DNA of 64,000 nucleotides from Octopus vulgaris (Eukaryota). The notes beneath the pieces are model-generated. The model saw nothing but the letters and a program-made list of their open reading frames with translations. It had not been told where the DNA came from and searched no databases. This document shows positions 25,721 through 37,618 of the stretch, piece by piece. The stretch's first letter is position 1; every line of letters starts with the position of its first letter. The DNA is taken from contig OX597815.1 of the NCBI GenBank assembly GCA_951406725.2, forward strand, positions 23,312,001 through 23,376,000, read 5' to 3'. The position numbers and the translations under genes are program-made.

Positions 25721-26899
25721 GCATATATACACATATATATATATATATATATATACATGTATATATATCATCATCATCATCATCATTTAGCGTCCGCTTT
25801 CCATGCTGGCATGGGTTGGATGGTTCAACTGGGGTCTGGGAAGCCAGAAGGCTGCACCAGGCTCCATTCTGATCTGGCAGTGTTTCTACGGCTGGATGCC
25901 CTTCCTAACGCCAACCACTCCGTGAGTGTAGTGGGTGCTTTTTACGTGCCACCGGCACAGGTGGGAGACGGGGCTGGCAAACGGCCACGGACGGATGGTG
26001 CTTTTTACGTGCCACCGGCACGGGGGCCAGGCAAGGCTGGTAATGGCCATGATCGGATGGTTCTTTTTACGTGCCACCGGCAAGGAGGCCAGTCAGGGCA
26101 GCGCTGGCAACAGACACGGTCGGGTGGTGCTTTTTACATGCCACATATATATATACATCTATATATATATATAATAATAAATATTAGGGAATAAATCCAA
26201 ATTTACAGGGAAAAAATCAGATTTAGGATTAAATCCAATTTTATAGTATATATGTATATATTATGTATATATGTGAGATAATAGTTTCAATTTAATAGTT
26301 TCAGTATTTAAGTGAAAGTAGCTGACATTACAATAGAGATGTTATTGTTTCACTTTTGACACGTAATACTGAAATAGGAGAGAAGATATGATATTGGTGT
26401 GGGCTCTCACTAGGCAAGAAGTTATAAATTTTTTGGCCCATGACACTTACATGGATTCTAAGTAAGGCATGTGTAAAATTTGAATGAAATCGGTTGTGTA
26501 GTTCTCAAGTTTTAGGGATTCACACAGACAGACAGACACATACACACATTCTCATCTTTATATATATATATATATATCATCATCATTGTCGTTTAACGTC
26601 TGTTTTCCGTGCTAGCATGGGTTGGATGGTTCAACCGTGGTCTGGGAAGCCAGGAGGCTGCACCAGTCTCCAGTCTGATCTGGCAGTGTTTCTACAGCTG
26701 GATGCCCTTCCTAACGCCAACCACTCCATGCGTGTAGTGGGTGTTGTTTATGTTCCACCGGCACAGGTGCCAGGGGAAGCTGGCAGTGGCCACGATCACT
26801 TGGTGCTTTTTACGTGCCACCGGCACGGAAGCAGTCAGGTGGCGCTGGCATCGCCATGTTCAATGGTGCTTTTTACAACAGGTATTCCATTTGATTTTT

Positions 26900-28045
26900 A
26901 TTTTGATGTTGCTGTACTTGACTCAATAGGTCTCCTCAAGCACAGTAGGTCACCCTACGATCGAAGGTAAGCACAGCAGGTCGTTCTGCAATCCAAGGTA
27001 CTTTGGATGGGCTGGGGCTATGCGAAACTGGTGCAGGAAACAGCTATGAACTCACATTATTTGTCGGGTCTTTGCAGTCACAGAATATCTCCAGAGATCT
27101 TGGTCTTTCGTCATTGCCTCTGTGAGGCCCAACATTCAAAGGTCATGCTTGACCAACTCATCCCATGTCTTCCTGGGTGTACCTCTCCCCCAGATGCCTT
27201 CAACTGTTTGGGAGTGGCACTTCTTCACGCATCTCTCCTCATCCATCCGTAGTACATGACCATACCAGCGCAAACGTCTCACTTGCTCACCACATCCAAT
27301 GTTTCTTATGTCCAGCATTTCTCTCAGGGCGCTTACACTCTGTTGTGTGTGCACCCTGACATTACACATCCAGCGGATCATGCTTGCTTCATTTCTTTCA
27401 AGCCTACGCATGTCCTCTGCAGTCACAGCCCATGTTTCACTACCGTGAAGCATGGCAGTTCACACACATGTGTCGTACAATCTACCATTCACTCTGAGCG
27501 AGAGACCCTTTGTCACTAGTAGGGGTAGAAGCTTTCTGAACTTTGCCCAGGCTATTTGTATTCCCGAAATTTCTTTTCTAGTTCCGGTAGTGATTCTGCT
27601 ATGAGGGCCAGGTCATCAGCATAGAGGACCTCCCAGGGGCAACCTGTCTTGAATTCCTCTGTTATTGCCTGGAGGACTATTTGAGGGCTCCTGCACTATA
27701 CTTGTAGCCAATCCTAACCTTACTAACGTTGGGCCTCCCTTATCAACCATTCATCAATCTCCAGTTTCCGCATTGCCCACCAGATAAGGGATCGGGGGAC
27801 CCTGTCAAAGGCTTTCTCCAAGTCCACAAAAGCTAAGTAGAGGGATTTATCTTTAGCTAGGTATTTCTCCTGCAGTTGTCGAACCAGGAATATGGCATCA
27901 GTGGTGTTTCTACCCAGAAAAAAAACAAACTGCATCTCATCTAAGCGGACTCTCTCCCTAATGAGATGGACTATGACCCTCTCTATGACCTTCATCACCT
28001 GATCCAGCAGTTTAATACCCCTGTAGTTATTTCTATATAGAGCAT
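26900..28045 (-). mobile_element. RTE LINE, internally deleted RT/C-terminal fragments
   Basis: NNYRGIKLLDQVMK...FVDLEKAFDRV and MLHGSETW...LRWYGHVLRM...GTPRKTW. Confidence 0.9.
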
Positions 28046-28070
28046 CATATATACATATGTACATACAAAG

Positions 28071-28296
28071 ATACAGAAATAAAATTTTTTTTATTCTCAA
28101 ATGTGTGATAAAGCTAATAGATAATGTGATCAGGATTAATTATCCACAAATTGCAGAAAAATATGTTACCAGCCAGCCATGAGTATCATTGCTGGGCAGT
28201 AAAGTATTTTTCTGCAATATATGGAAACTTTATCCTGATCACACTATTTATTTGTATTATCACGTGTTGAACAATAAAAAAAATTCATTTCTGTAT
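28071..28296. repeat. About 225-bp imperfect palindrome (foldback element)
   Basis: ATACAGAAAT..GTGATCAGGAT..TTGCAGAAAAATA versus TATTTTTCTGCAA..ATCCTGATCAC..ATTTCTGTAT. Confidence 0.75.
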
Positions 28297-28439
28297 TTTT
28301 CAATACATCTCAATGCTTCTAAAACAAAATTTGTTCATTTACTTTCATTGTAACTTTGAATTATATGTATATAAATATAAATATAAATATGGTCATATAT
28401 ACACATATACACATATATATGCATACATATATATACATA

Positions 28440-28604
28440 GGCGTAGGAGTGGCTGTGTGGTAAGTAGCTTGCTTACGAACCACACGGTTCCAGGTTTGGT
28501 CCCACTGCATGGCACCTTGGGCAAGTGTCTTCTACTATAGCCTTGGGCCGACCAAAGCCTTGTGAGTAGATTTGGTAGACAGAAACTGAAAGAAGCCCAT
28601 CGTA

Positions 28605-28643
<39 letters not shown>

Positions 28644-29020
28644 ACACTACCGTCAGAAATTAATTAGCACCCTTGATTTGCTCTTCACTCAAGGTATGTG
28701 CTGTCACCTAGTGGCCATATCTCGAACTATTGCTTTGTTGCGAGTTCACTGTTGCACAGAACGATGACGTAACTTTGTTTGCAGAGCAGTTTGAGAGTCT
28801 ACAGCCTTATGATGTTGACATAGCAGTGCAACAACTTGGAGTGCGGATGCAGACAAATCTTCTTTTGTTTAATAGATATAGGTAGCGCCTCACAAGGACC
28901 GAAATCACACCATACTAAGTTTTCTCATCGCGTAAGACGTTTTGAACAGCTCATATAGGTTAATTGATTTAACCTATTTAATGTAGAAATTTGAGAAGTG
29001 CTAATTAATTTCTGACGCAA

Positions 29021-29067
<47 letters not shown>

Positions 29068-29295
29068 GTGTAGTATATGTTTGTGTGCCTGTGTTTCTCT
29101 CCCCACCCCAACATCACTTGACAACCGATGCTGGTGTGTTTACGGCCCCATAAATTTGCGGTTTGGCAAAAGAGACTGATAGAATAAGTACTAGGCTTAC
29201 AAAGAATAAATCCTGGGGTTGATTTGCTCGACTAAAGGCGGTGCTCCAGCATGGCCACAGTCAAATGACTGAAACAAGTAAAAGAGTAAAAGAGT
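28440..29295 (+). mobile_element. SINE family 'A' interrupted by a MITE
   Basis: 5' half at 28440-28640, 3' half at about 29025-29295. Confidence 0.85.
28645..29023. mobile_element. Tc1/mariner-type MITE (379 bp)
   Basis: TIRs CACTACCGTCAGAAATTAATTAGCAC / GTGCTAATTAATTTCTGACGCAAGTG with TA on both sides. Confidence 0.9.
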
Positions 29296-29299
29296 ATAT

Positions 29300-29332
<33 letters not shown>

Positions 29333-29527
29333 AATATATATACATTTATATGTACATATATATTTTTTAATAATATATTATTATTGTTATTAATATAAGG
29401 AAATTAATGTCCAAACTCCTCATAACGATATACACATGTGAAAATAGTTATTGCATTAAAAATATATAAATAAATAAATATAAACATAAATAAAAATATA
29501 TGTAAATATGTGTAAGTATAAATATAA

Positions 29528-29837
29528 TGTATAAATATATTTGATAGTTTAAAAGTTTTGAATTAATTATTTAAAGCATCTTACAGTCATTTTTAATTTT
29601 TAATTTATATTTCAAACAAACACCATTTTACAGTTTTACTTCAAATTTAAAAAAAAGAAACTATCATTCGATATGTTATACAATATTCATATTTCATATC
29701 TCTGAAGAGCAGAAGTGTTGTCTATAAATGCTTATCAGTATAGGATTTCATTATAGGAACAACTCTTCTGTGAAACGATTGTAAGATGCTTTAAATAATT
29801 AATTCAAAATTTTAAAACTATGAAATATATTTATACA
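29528..29837. mobile_element. Element with about 60-bp inverted arms carrying a hammerhead motif
   Basis: Arms at 29528-29588 and 29777-29837. Confidence 0.7.
29697..29788 (+). ncRNA. Type I hammerhead ribozyme motif with long stem II
   Basis: TATCT-CTGAAGA-GCAGAAGTGTTGT...ACAACTCTTCTGT-GAAAC-GATT-GTA-AGATG. The core is intact and stems I, II and III pair. Confidence 0.7.
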
Positions 29838-29870
29838 AAAACATAGATATATTTATATATATAGATATAT

Positions 29871-29917
<47 letters not shown>

Positions 29918-29959
29918 CACATATATATATATATATGTATATATACATACATATATATA

Positions 29960-31320
29960 TCATCATCATCACCGTTTAACATCCGCTTTCGATGCTAGCA
30001 TGGGTTGGACGGTTTGACTGAGGTCTGGCGAACCAGATGGCTGCACCAGACTCCAATCTGATCTTGCAGAGTTTCTACAGCTGGATGCTCTTCCTAATGC
30101 CAACTACTCCATGAGTGTAGTGGGTGCTTTTACGTGCTGCCGGCACAAGGGCCAGTCAAGCGGTACTGACAGCGGCCACGCTCAAATGGTGCTTTTTATG
30201 TGCCACCTGGCAACGATCTCGCTCGAATGTTTTTGTTACGTGCCACTAGCACAAGTGCTAGTAAGACGATGCAGGTAACAATCACGCTCGAATGGTGTTT
30301 TTAACGTCCCATTGGCACAGAAGCCAGCTTGTTGCTCTGGCAATGATCTCACTCATATGGTATTCTTAGCGCTCCACTAGCATGGATGTCAATCATCGAA
30401 TTTGATTTTGATTTTGATTTGATTTCACTTGCCTCAACAGGTCTTCGCATGCAGAGTTTAGTGTCCAATGAAGGAAAGGCATGCATAAGTGGACTGGTTA
30501 CACCCCTGGCATAGGCCACAAAGTTATGGTCTCACTTGCACTTGCCGAGTCTTCTCAAGCACAGCATATTTCCAGAGGTCTCGGTCACTAGTCATTGCCT
30601 CAGTGAGGCCCAATGTCTGAAGGTCATGCTTCATCACCTCATCCCAGGTCTTCCTGGGTCTACCTCTTCTACAGGTTCCCTCAACTGCTAGGGTGTGGCA
30701 CTTTTTCACACAGCTATCCACATCCATTCTCGCCACATGACCATACCAGCGCAGTCGTCTCTCTTGAACACATCTGATGCTTCTTAGGTCCAACCTTTCT
30801 CTCAAGGTACTAACACTCTGTCATGTATGCACACTGACATTACACATCCATCAGAGCATGCCGGCTTCATTCCTTGCGAGCTTACGCATGTCCTCAGCAG
30901 TCACAGCCCATGTTTCACTGCCATGTAGCATGGCTGTTCGTACCCAAATGTCATACAGTCTACCTTTTACTCTGAGCGAGAGGCCCTTTGTCACCAGCAG
31001 AGGTAAGAGCTCTCTGAACTTAGCCCAGGCTATTCTTATTCTAGCAGCTACACTTTCAGAGCACCCTCCCCGGCTACTGACTTGGTCACCTAGGTAACGG
31101 AAGCTATCAACTACTTCTAGTTTTTCTCTCTGGAATGTGGAAGTTGTTCTCTGCACATTTTCAGTGTTATTTGTTGCTCCTGAGCATCTGCCACATACAA
31201 AAACTATCCTCTCAGTTAGCCTTCCTTTGATATTGCTGCACCTCTTATGTGTCCATAGCTTACACTGGGTACATCTTAGAGAGTTTCTATCTATGCCTTT
31301 TCTACAGATCAAACAGGGCC
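29960..31320 (-). mobile_element. 5'-truncated RTE LINE with 3' UTR and (GAT)n tail
   Basis: PHD-like CRKG..C..C..W.H..C, FRYLGDQ, MLHGSETW, LRWYGHV and GRPRKTW. Confidence 0.9.
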
Positions 31321-31397
31321 ATTTACTTGTTTGATCTGTAGAAAAGGCATAGATAGAAACTCTATAAGATGTACCCAGTGTAAGCTATGGACACATA
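31246..31397. repeat. Near-perfect inverted duplication (about 70-bp arms) at the 5' junction of the RTE copy
   Basis: 31246-31315 is the reverse complement of 31328-31397 with one mismatch. Confidence 0.9.
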
Positions 31398-31816
31398 TAT
31401 ATGCGCTGGTCCTCATGGAGTCAAAGTGGCTGAGTTCCTTTTAAGTGTTGGACCTCATGGAGACAAAGCAGCTTAGTTCCTTTTCAGCGTTGATCCTCAC
31501 AGAGGCACAATAGCTGAACTCCTTTCAAAAGTTGGGCCTCATGGAGACAATGCCAGACACCTTTGGCATTATGTCGTGCCCGATATGGAGACCCGTGAAG
31601 CCGAGTAAAATCACACTTGTGGCAGATACCAGTGTCATGCAAATGGTACCCATATTGTTGGCATGTGAAAGCATGCATTACACCCTGAGGATGGTTAGTA
31701 TTAGAAAGGGCATCCAGCTGTAGAAAATGAGCCTGGAGTCTGCTGCAGCCTTCCAGCTTACCAGCCCTTGTCAAACCATCCAATCCATGCCAGCATGGAC
31801 AACAAAGTTAAATGAC

Positions 31817-31852
<36 letters not shown>

Positions 31853-31959
31853 ATACTATTCTTTTATTCATTTCATCCCTGCGACTGTGGTCATGCTGGG
31901 GCATCACCATGGTTTTGCACTTTTACTTATGATTATCCTTTGGCTGATTTCCTCAGGGT

Positions 31960-32290
31960 GGGGAGTTTCACATCCCAGCCGTTGGTCCATTTGGTGTATG
32001 AGGGAACTTATTTGTACTGCATACCAGGCTGTCGGCTCATCCATTATTGTGAAGAGGAGGATGTCTAGTTTGTTTTTGAAGATATCTGTGTCCACATCAC
32101 ATGGGTTTCTTAATTTTTGTGGCAACACATTGAAGAGCTGTCGGCCTTTTAACCCTAGGTTATTGTAGTACCTGGTCCTGGATTTGATGGAGTGGATGGA
32201 ACTTTTGTTACAATACAATAGCATCAAATTCTGGCATTTGTATAACGCTCAGTGCTTAACTTACATACTAGCCTTTCTAGAATTTTCCAT
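31960..32290 (-). mobile_element. CR1/L2-group LINE C-terminal fragment
   Basis: GRQLFNVLPQKLRN..D.FKNKLD.LL..I.DEP. Confidence 0.75.
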
Positions 32291-33195
32291 ATCTAGGGAG
32301 TAAAGTCATAGTTTTTGCAGCCAACATGAAGATTTAGCTGATTAAACACCACTTACAATACTTGAAAATGTTTTTAAAAAAACACCAAAAACCTTATTCT
32401 GGTTATTATAATACATTCAGAAACTTGGTGAAGTAGAAAGCCTCAGTGGCTCTTTCAATATAATTGCAGAAATGTTCTTCCACTCCTTCTAACCAGTTTC
32501 AGGATAATGTTTTTTTTTAACAGTCATTCTATTCCTCATCACTGTGAATATCAATGTCACACAACCTTTTTACTGCATTAGTCAGTATTTATTCTACAGC
32601 CTATAATGTTACACAGTTAAAAAATATGTAGTAATGACATATTTATTTATATCTTGTTACGTATGTCCTTCAGCAAATATTTTAAATTAATGTTACAACA
32701 GCATTTTCCTTTCTATACACTTTCAAAATTGAAAAAGAAATTATTTTTGTATGAAAAATTGAATTATGCCTTCTGAATTTTCTTGGACTTTCACTTTCCT
32801 CACCATGATATTCAATCGTGAATTTTATAAAATTTATTACATGTTCCAAATAAATGTTGGCTTTCTGTACTTTGTTACATTGGTGACGCATAGTAACTTT
32901 TGCTAAATTGGTGACTTTCCATTTTTTTTATAGTATAACTATGCTACAGAAAGTGTTTTGCATCTATATTGACTACATAAGACACAACCCAAAAAATTGC
33001 ATTAAAAGACATCCATTTTTCTATATGTTATGAGGAAATACAGTCACATACACACACTTTCTCTTCCGCACAAAAAAGATGTATGCATATGTATTTATGG
33101 GTGAAGGCAAAGAATATGCACTCCCAGTGTTTAGGGTCAGGGTTACACTGAAAACAGATGACATGTATATACTTTATCTCTGCTATGTACGTGTG

Positions 33196-33230
<35 letters not shown>

Positions 33231-34499
33231 GAGCAAATGAGTGCCACTTACACATACATGCAAAAAAAATTCATACATCACAACACACACCTTCACTCTC
33301 ACACACACGTCGATTTCATATACACGTACTTCTTAAACTTTCTTCTTTCACTTCAAAGCAAATGTCGCCTTTTCACTTTATTCTCTCTTTCAATTTCTGC
33401 TCTCTTCAAAGCATACAGAAATTAAAACAATTTTATGGAAATTAACGAACAATCATATGATTTCATATATATTGAGTTGACAAACGAAAGAATGCTATAA
33501 AATAACTTCCTTTTCCTAGGTAAAATTTGTGTGTGAATTATGTTATTTCTTGCAGTGTGTGCATGCAAATTTACAACTCAAATCCATTTGGAATGATCTT
33601 TTTCTATTATGTAATTTGTGTTTATGATGAGCATATTTAAAATCTTGATCTTCAATATAAACTTAAAAAGAAGTTTTCCCAGAAATCCCGTCCTTTATCT
33701 CTTCTTTCTAGCATGTCCGAGGTGACATTTCTGCCCACCCACTTACTTTTTTCCTAAATTTTTTCTGATTCCTATATTTGCGATACAGGAGATTACGATT
33801 TCACCCACAAAATACATTTTCAAGATTTTAATTTTCTCCCTATCCACACCAAATTCATTTTACCCTTTTTTTCAAATTTTTATTCTTGGTAATACATGGA
33901 GAAAAAAACAGAGTACAAATTTTTAAGAATTTTACCCATCACCTCACCACTTTCAAAAAGCTACACACTCCCAATGTTTCACTTTTAGCTTTTTGGAAAA
34001 CGAGAAGTTTCTTCAGAAATAATGTCGTTTACCTGTTGTTTCTAGCATGTTGGGTTTTCTGATGGTGGTCTGGTAGTTTCTAAGTCTGTTATTTCAGTAG
34101 AATTCTACGCATGCAGGAAACATCAGCCAAAAGGGAAAAATTGGGAGATTTTAGGTTTTTGAAAGCTGGTAGGTAATGAGTCGGCAAGGTGGGAGAAGGG
34201 GCGGGCATTGAGTGTTTCTTTAAGAAAAATTAAACTATAAAAAATGTATATATATATATATAGATAGATATATATACATAGATCTGTAATCTCTGTATTT
34301 TTCCTTGTAGAAAAAAGTTACAAATTAAGAAATAGCAGTGGGAATAGGGGGAAATTTAGATATTGAAAACGTTATTTCTGGACAAAATCGTATTAATCCC
34401 CTTTTATACGATGAAACAATATATAGTTTCTGATCCTTCTTGAGAACAGAAAGCACTTTACTATCAAACAAACAATAACTTCCATTATTTCATTAACTA

Positions 34500-34595
34500 T
34501 ATATCAGCTGTGCTGATTCTGCCCTTAAGAAACGAGCAAAAAATACAATGTGCTTGGAGGTCATAACAGCCGGGCAATGCCGGGATGTATTGCTA

Positions 34596-34596
<1 letters not shown>
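34500..34596 (+). mobile_element. Helitron 3' terminus, followed by (TAA)n to about 34694
   Basis: GC hairpin CCGGGCAATGCCGGG, then CTAG|T. Confidence 0.6.
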
Positions 34597-34675
<79 letters not shown>

Positions 34676-35955
34676 TATAATAATAATAATAATAAGAGAG
34701 GGAGAAGGGGGACCAGCAAGTAACCTAATTTCAATGAGGCTATATTGGCTCACGGCATTAAAAATTATCCTGTTGAAATAAACAGTACTTTTTGGTTATC
34801 ACACCCCCATTAAAAAATGGGGTTTATCTCCTCCAACTAAAAAAAAATTGTTTAACTCTCAATAAAACAAAAAGAAAAAAATGAAAAATTAATAAACATA
34901 TAAAGTGAAAAGATTAAATGTGTTATTGATAATGTTTTTATAACAAATCATACAAAACTGAAAAAATTAATAAACATGAAAATTGAGAAAAATTAAATAT
35001 CTTATTGAATCTAATAACATTCTTATAACAAATCATACAATGCCGATTAATGAGGCCAAAAATCAATAATGTGTTGAAGTACTGAATCAAAAGGATCTAA
35101 CCCTTTAAATTCAATCTCTTGTCACCACATAAACTCAATATTTTAGTTGGAAGATAACCCAATTTTTTAATGGCAATTTTTTAGTACTCGTGGAATAACC
35201 AAAAAGTACCGAAAATTTCTGTCTCACTATTGGCTAAAAATACGGTTTTCCCAATTTTTAAACCTCTAACTTTTTCCTCCATTTTTTTTTTTTCTTCACA
35301 ACATCAAACCTTCATTGCAATAAGACTGGAAGACTACATTATTATAGCTGATTTTCAGATTTTTTTTACTTCTTTTTTAAAAAAATGCATAATTTGCAAA
35401 TGGAAAAACCTAGGCCCTATTCCTCTTACACCACTCCTTACCATTATAAAAAAAGGAAGGACACAGTAGGTAATGTAGTTCTAGATACACCATCTGATAA
35501 TAAAATAGGACTAGATGGTCATGTATGGAATGTTTTAATCATAGAATTATTTGATTAAAGCACCAAAAAATAAACTTAATAAATAAATAAAACTCAGGGA
35601 AAGAATTGAAGATGACAACATGACCAACAACAGTACAAACAACAATGGCAATATCAGCAGCACTTTATCATTTAAACAATACAAAAGAACCAAGCTGTAT
35701 CATTCTCCCCAAACACAAATGTCCACACACACACACACACACATTTCACATCAAGAAGAATATAAGCTTTGTTCAAAGCCGCTCCTCAAAATGCAACCAC
35801 TTGTACAAGTATCTACTAGGAAATGAAATACGATTTGTTTACTCTTCTAAACGTATATCTGGAAGCATCTTGCATCCAGTTCCTGTTTATTACCAGATAC
35901 TGTACTCTTACTAACCCTCTTACTATTATACTTCTCTGCCCATTTCTTTGTTATA

Positions 35956-35992
<37 letters not shown>

Positions 35993-36052
35993 TTGTCTAC
36001 ATATTTATGTACAGAGATAAATACATACATACTAACACTTATACATAGATGT

Positions 36053-36745
36053 ATTGGGTCATCCCATAAATGTGGGTTTTTTTAATACTTCTTTTACTTT
36101 TCAAAATTAGGATAAACAAAGTCCTTTTTTGATCTAAAATATACTCTCCTTTATTTTCTACAATGCTCTTCCATCTATCTGGTAGACTCCTCCAGTACTG
36201 TTCTGACCTATTCTACAGAATTCATATTTTTCTGTCCAAATGATTTTGAAGACTGCGGAATAAATGATAATCAGATGGGGCAATGTCCAGCGAATATGTT
36301 GGGTGTTCCCATTCAAACTGCTCCAGCCTTTGGAATGTCATCCTCGCTGTATGTGGCTGAGCATTATCCTGATGGAAGAACACCTTTCGTCTTGAAACCA
36401 AAGATGGTTGTTTTTCTACTAGTGCTGACTTAAGCCACTCAAGTTGTTCACAGTAGATCTCCTTTGTTATCATTTGGTTTAGGTCTAAAAGTTACATAGT
36501 CCACCAAACAGATAACAACACCTTATGTCAGCGTTGTTATGACCTTCTTCAGCCTGGGGCGCTGGTGTTTCTCCTTTCCTTACCTACTGTCTTCGGCGCT
36601 TTAGATTTTTATAGAGATCCCATTTCTCGTCACCAGTCATTATTCGGTCAAAAAAAAAGGTTCATTCATGAGACATGACAGCAAAGAAGAGTACATATTC
36701 ACTCTTTGCGCGCGATTAGACTTGGAAAGTTTGTGAGGAACAAAT
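36053..36745 (-). mobile_element. mariner transposase fragment (DDD domain) with 3' TIR
   Basis: IMTGDEKW, HQDNAQPH and HPTYSLDIAPSDYHLF; TATTGGGTCATCCCATAA terminus. Confidence 0.85.
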
Positions 36746-36974
36746 TGACTCAATTTTTTAGAATAATAATCTCCTTACTTTTCCGCATATTTTGAAAAAA
36801 AAATTTCTGTAAAAAGTGAAAAATGAAGGAAATGAGGGTGGGGGTGGGAATTTAGAAATATTGATTTTTGCCAATTTTTTTGCAGATTCGTATTGCCTGT
36901 AGCTGAAAAGGGGGGTTTGTGTCGAAAAAGAAATTTTTTAAAAAGGGTGGTTTTGGCAGGGGACGGGCGGAAGT

Positions 36975-37105
36975 CTAGCTGTGACTTTTAACAAGACGAC
37001 GAAAACTTCCTGCATTGAGGCCATCTTAAGGATGGAGTCTGCATTAGCCCTTTGGATCAGTGACTGTAGGAAGAACACTGCACTGGATACCAACACCATC
37101 CGTGT
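36975..37105 (+). mobile_element. pogo/Tigger transposase CENP-B HTH fragment
   Basis: RMESALALWISDCRKN.ALDTNTIR. Confidence 0.5.
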
Positions 37106-37154
37106 GAAGGCAGGCTGCTGTATGGCAAGTTTACGGATGGCGGTGACGATGACC

Positions 37155-37350
37155 CAGATGACTCCTAAGTCAAGCATGTGACAAAACTTATCCTCAGCAG
37201 CTCTGAGTTTATCTGGAGCAAGACACCAAGGAGCGGAAACCACAGGAGGACCTTTAGTAAGAATATGATGTGTTACAGAGAGCATTGGTGATTTATTTGG
37301 AAAACCATTTTGAGGCAACTCTGGAAATTTTGATAGCAGCTCATGAAAAA
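37155..37350 (-). mobile_element. Ty3/Gypsy pol fragment (pre-RT region)
   Basis: VTHHILTKGPPV....LAPDKLRAAEDKFCHMLDLGVI. Confidence 0.75.
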
Positions 37351-37618
37351 CATTTGAAGATGGAATAAAAAAAACAGAGGACTAACAGTAGCAATTCTTG
37401 AAGATGCACCTTGAGTAGAAAGAAGAGTTTATGCCTCTATTAGTCTCTTATTCCTTAAATCAACTATTAAATAAAAATGATGCAAAAAAGTCAGCATCAA
37501 GAATTGGCTATGGCAGATCAGCAATAATAAATACCTATATAAAAGGTCTTCGAAGATTGATGTCTAAAGTGAACAACTGTTTTCTGTAGGTGCAAATTGG
37601 CGAATGATTAACTGCCTG

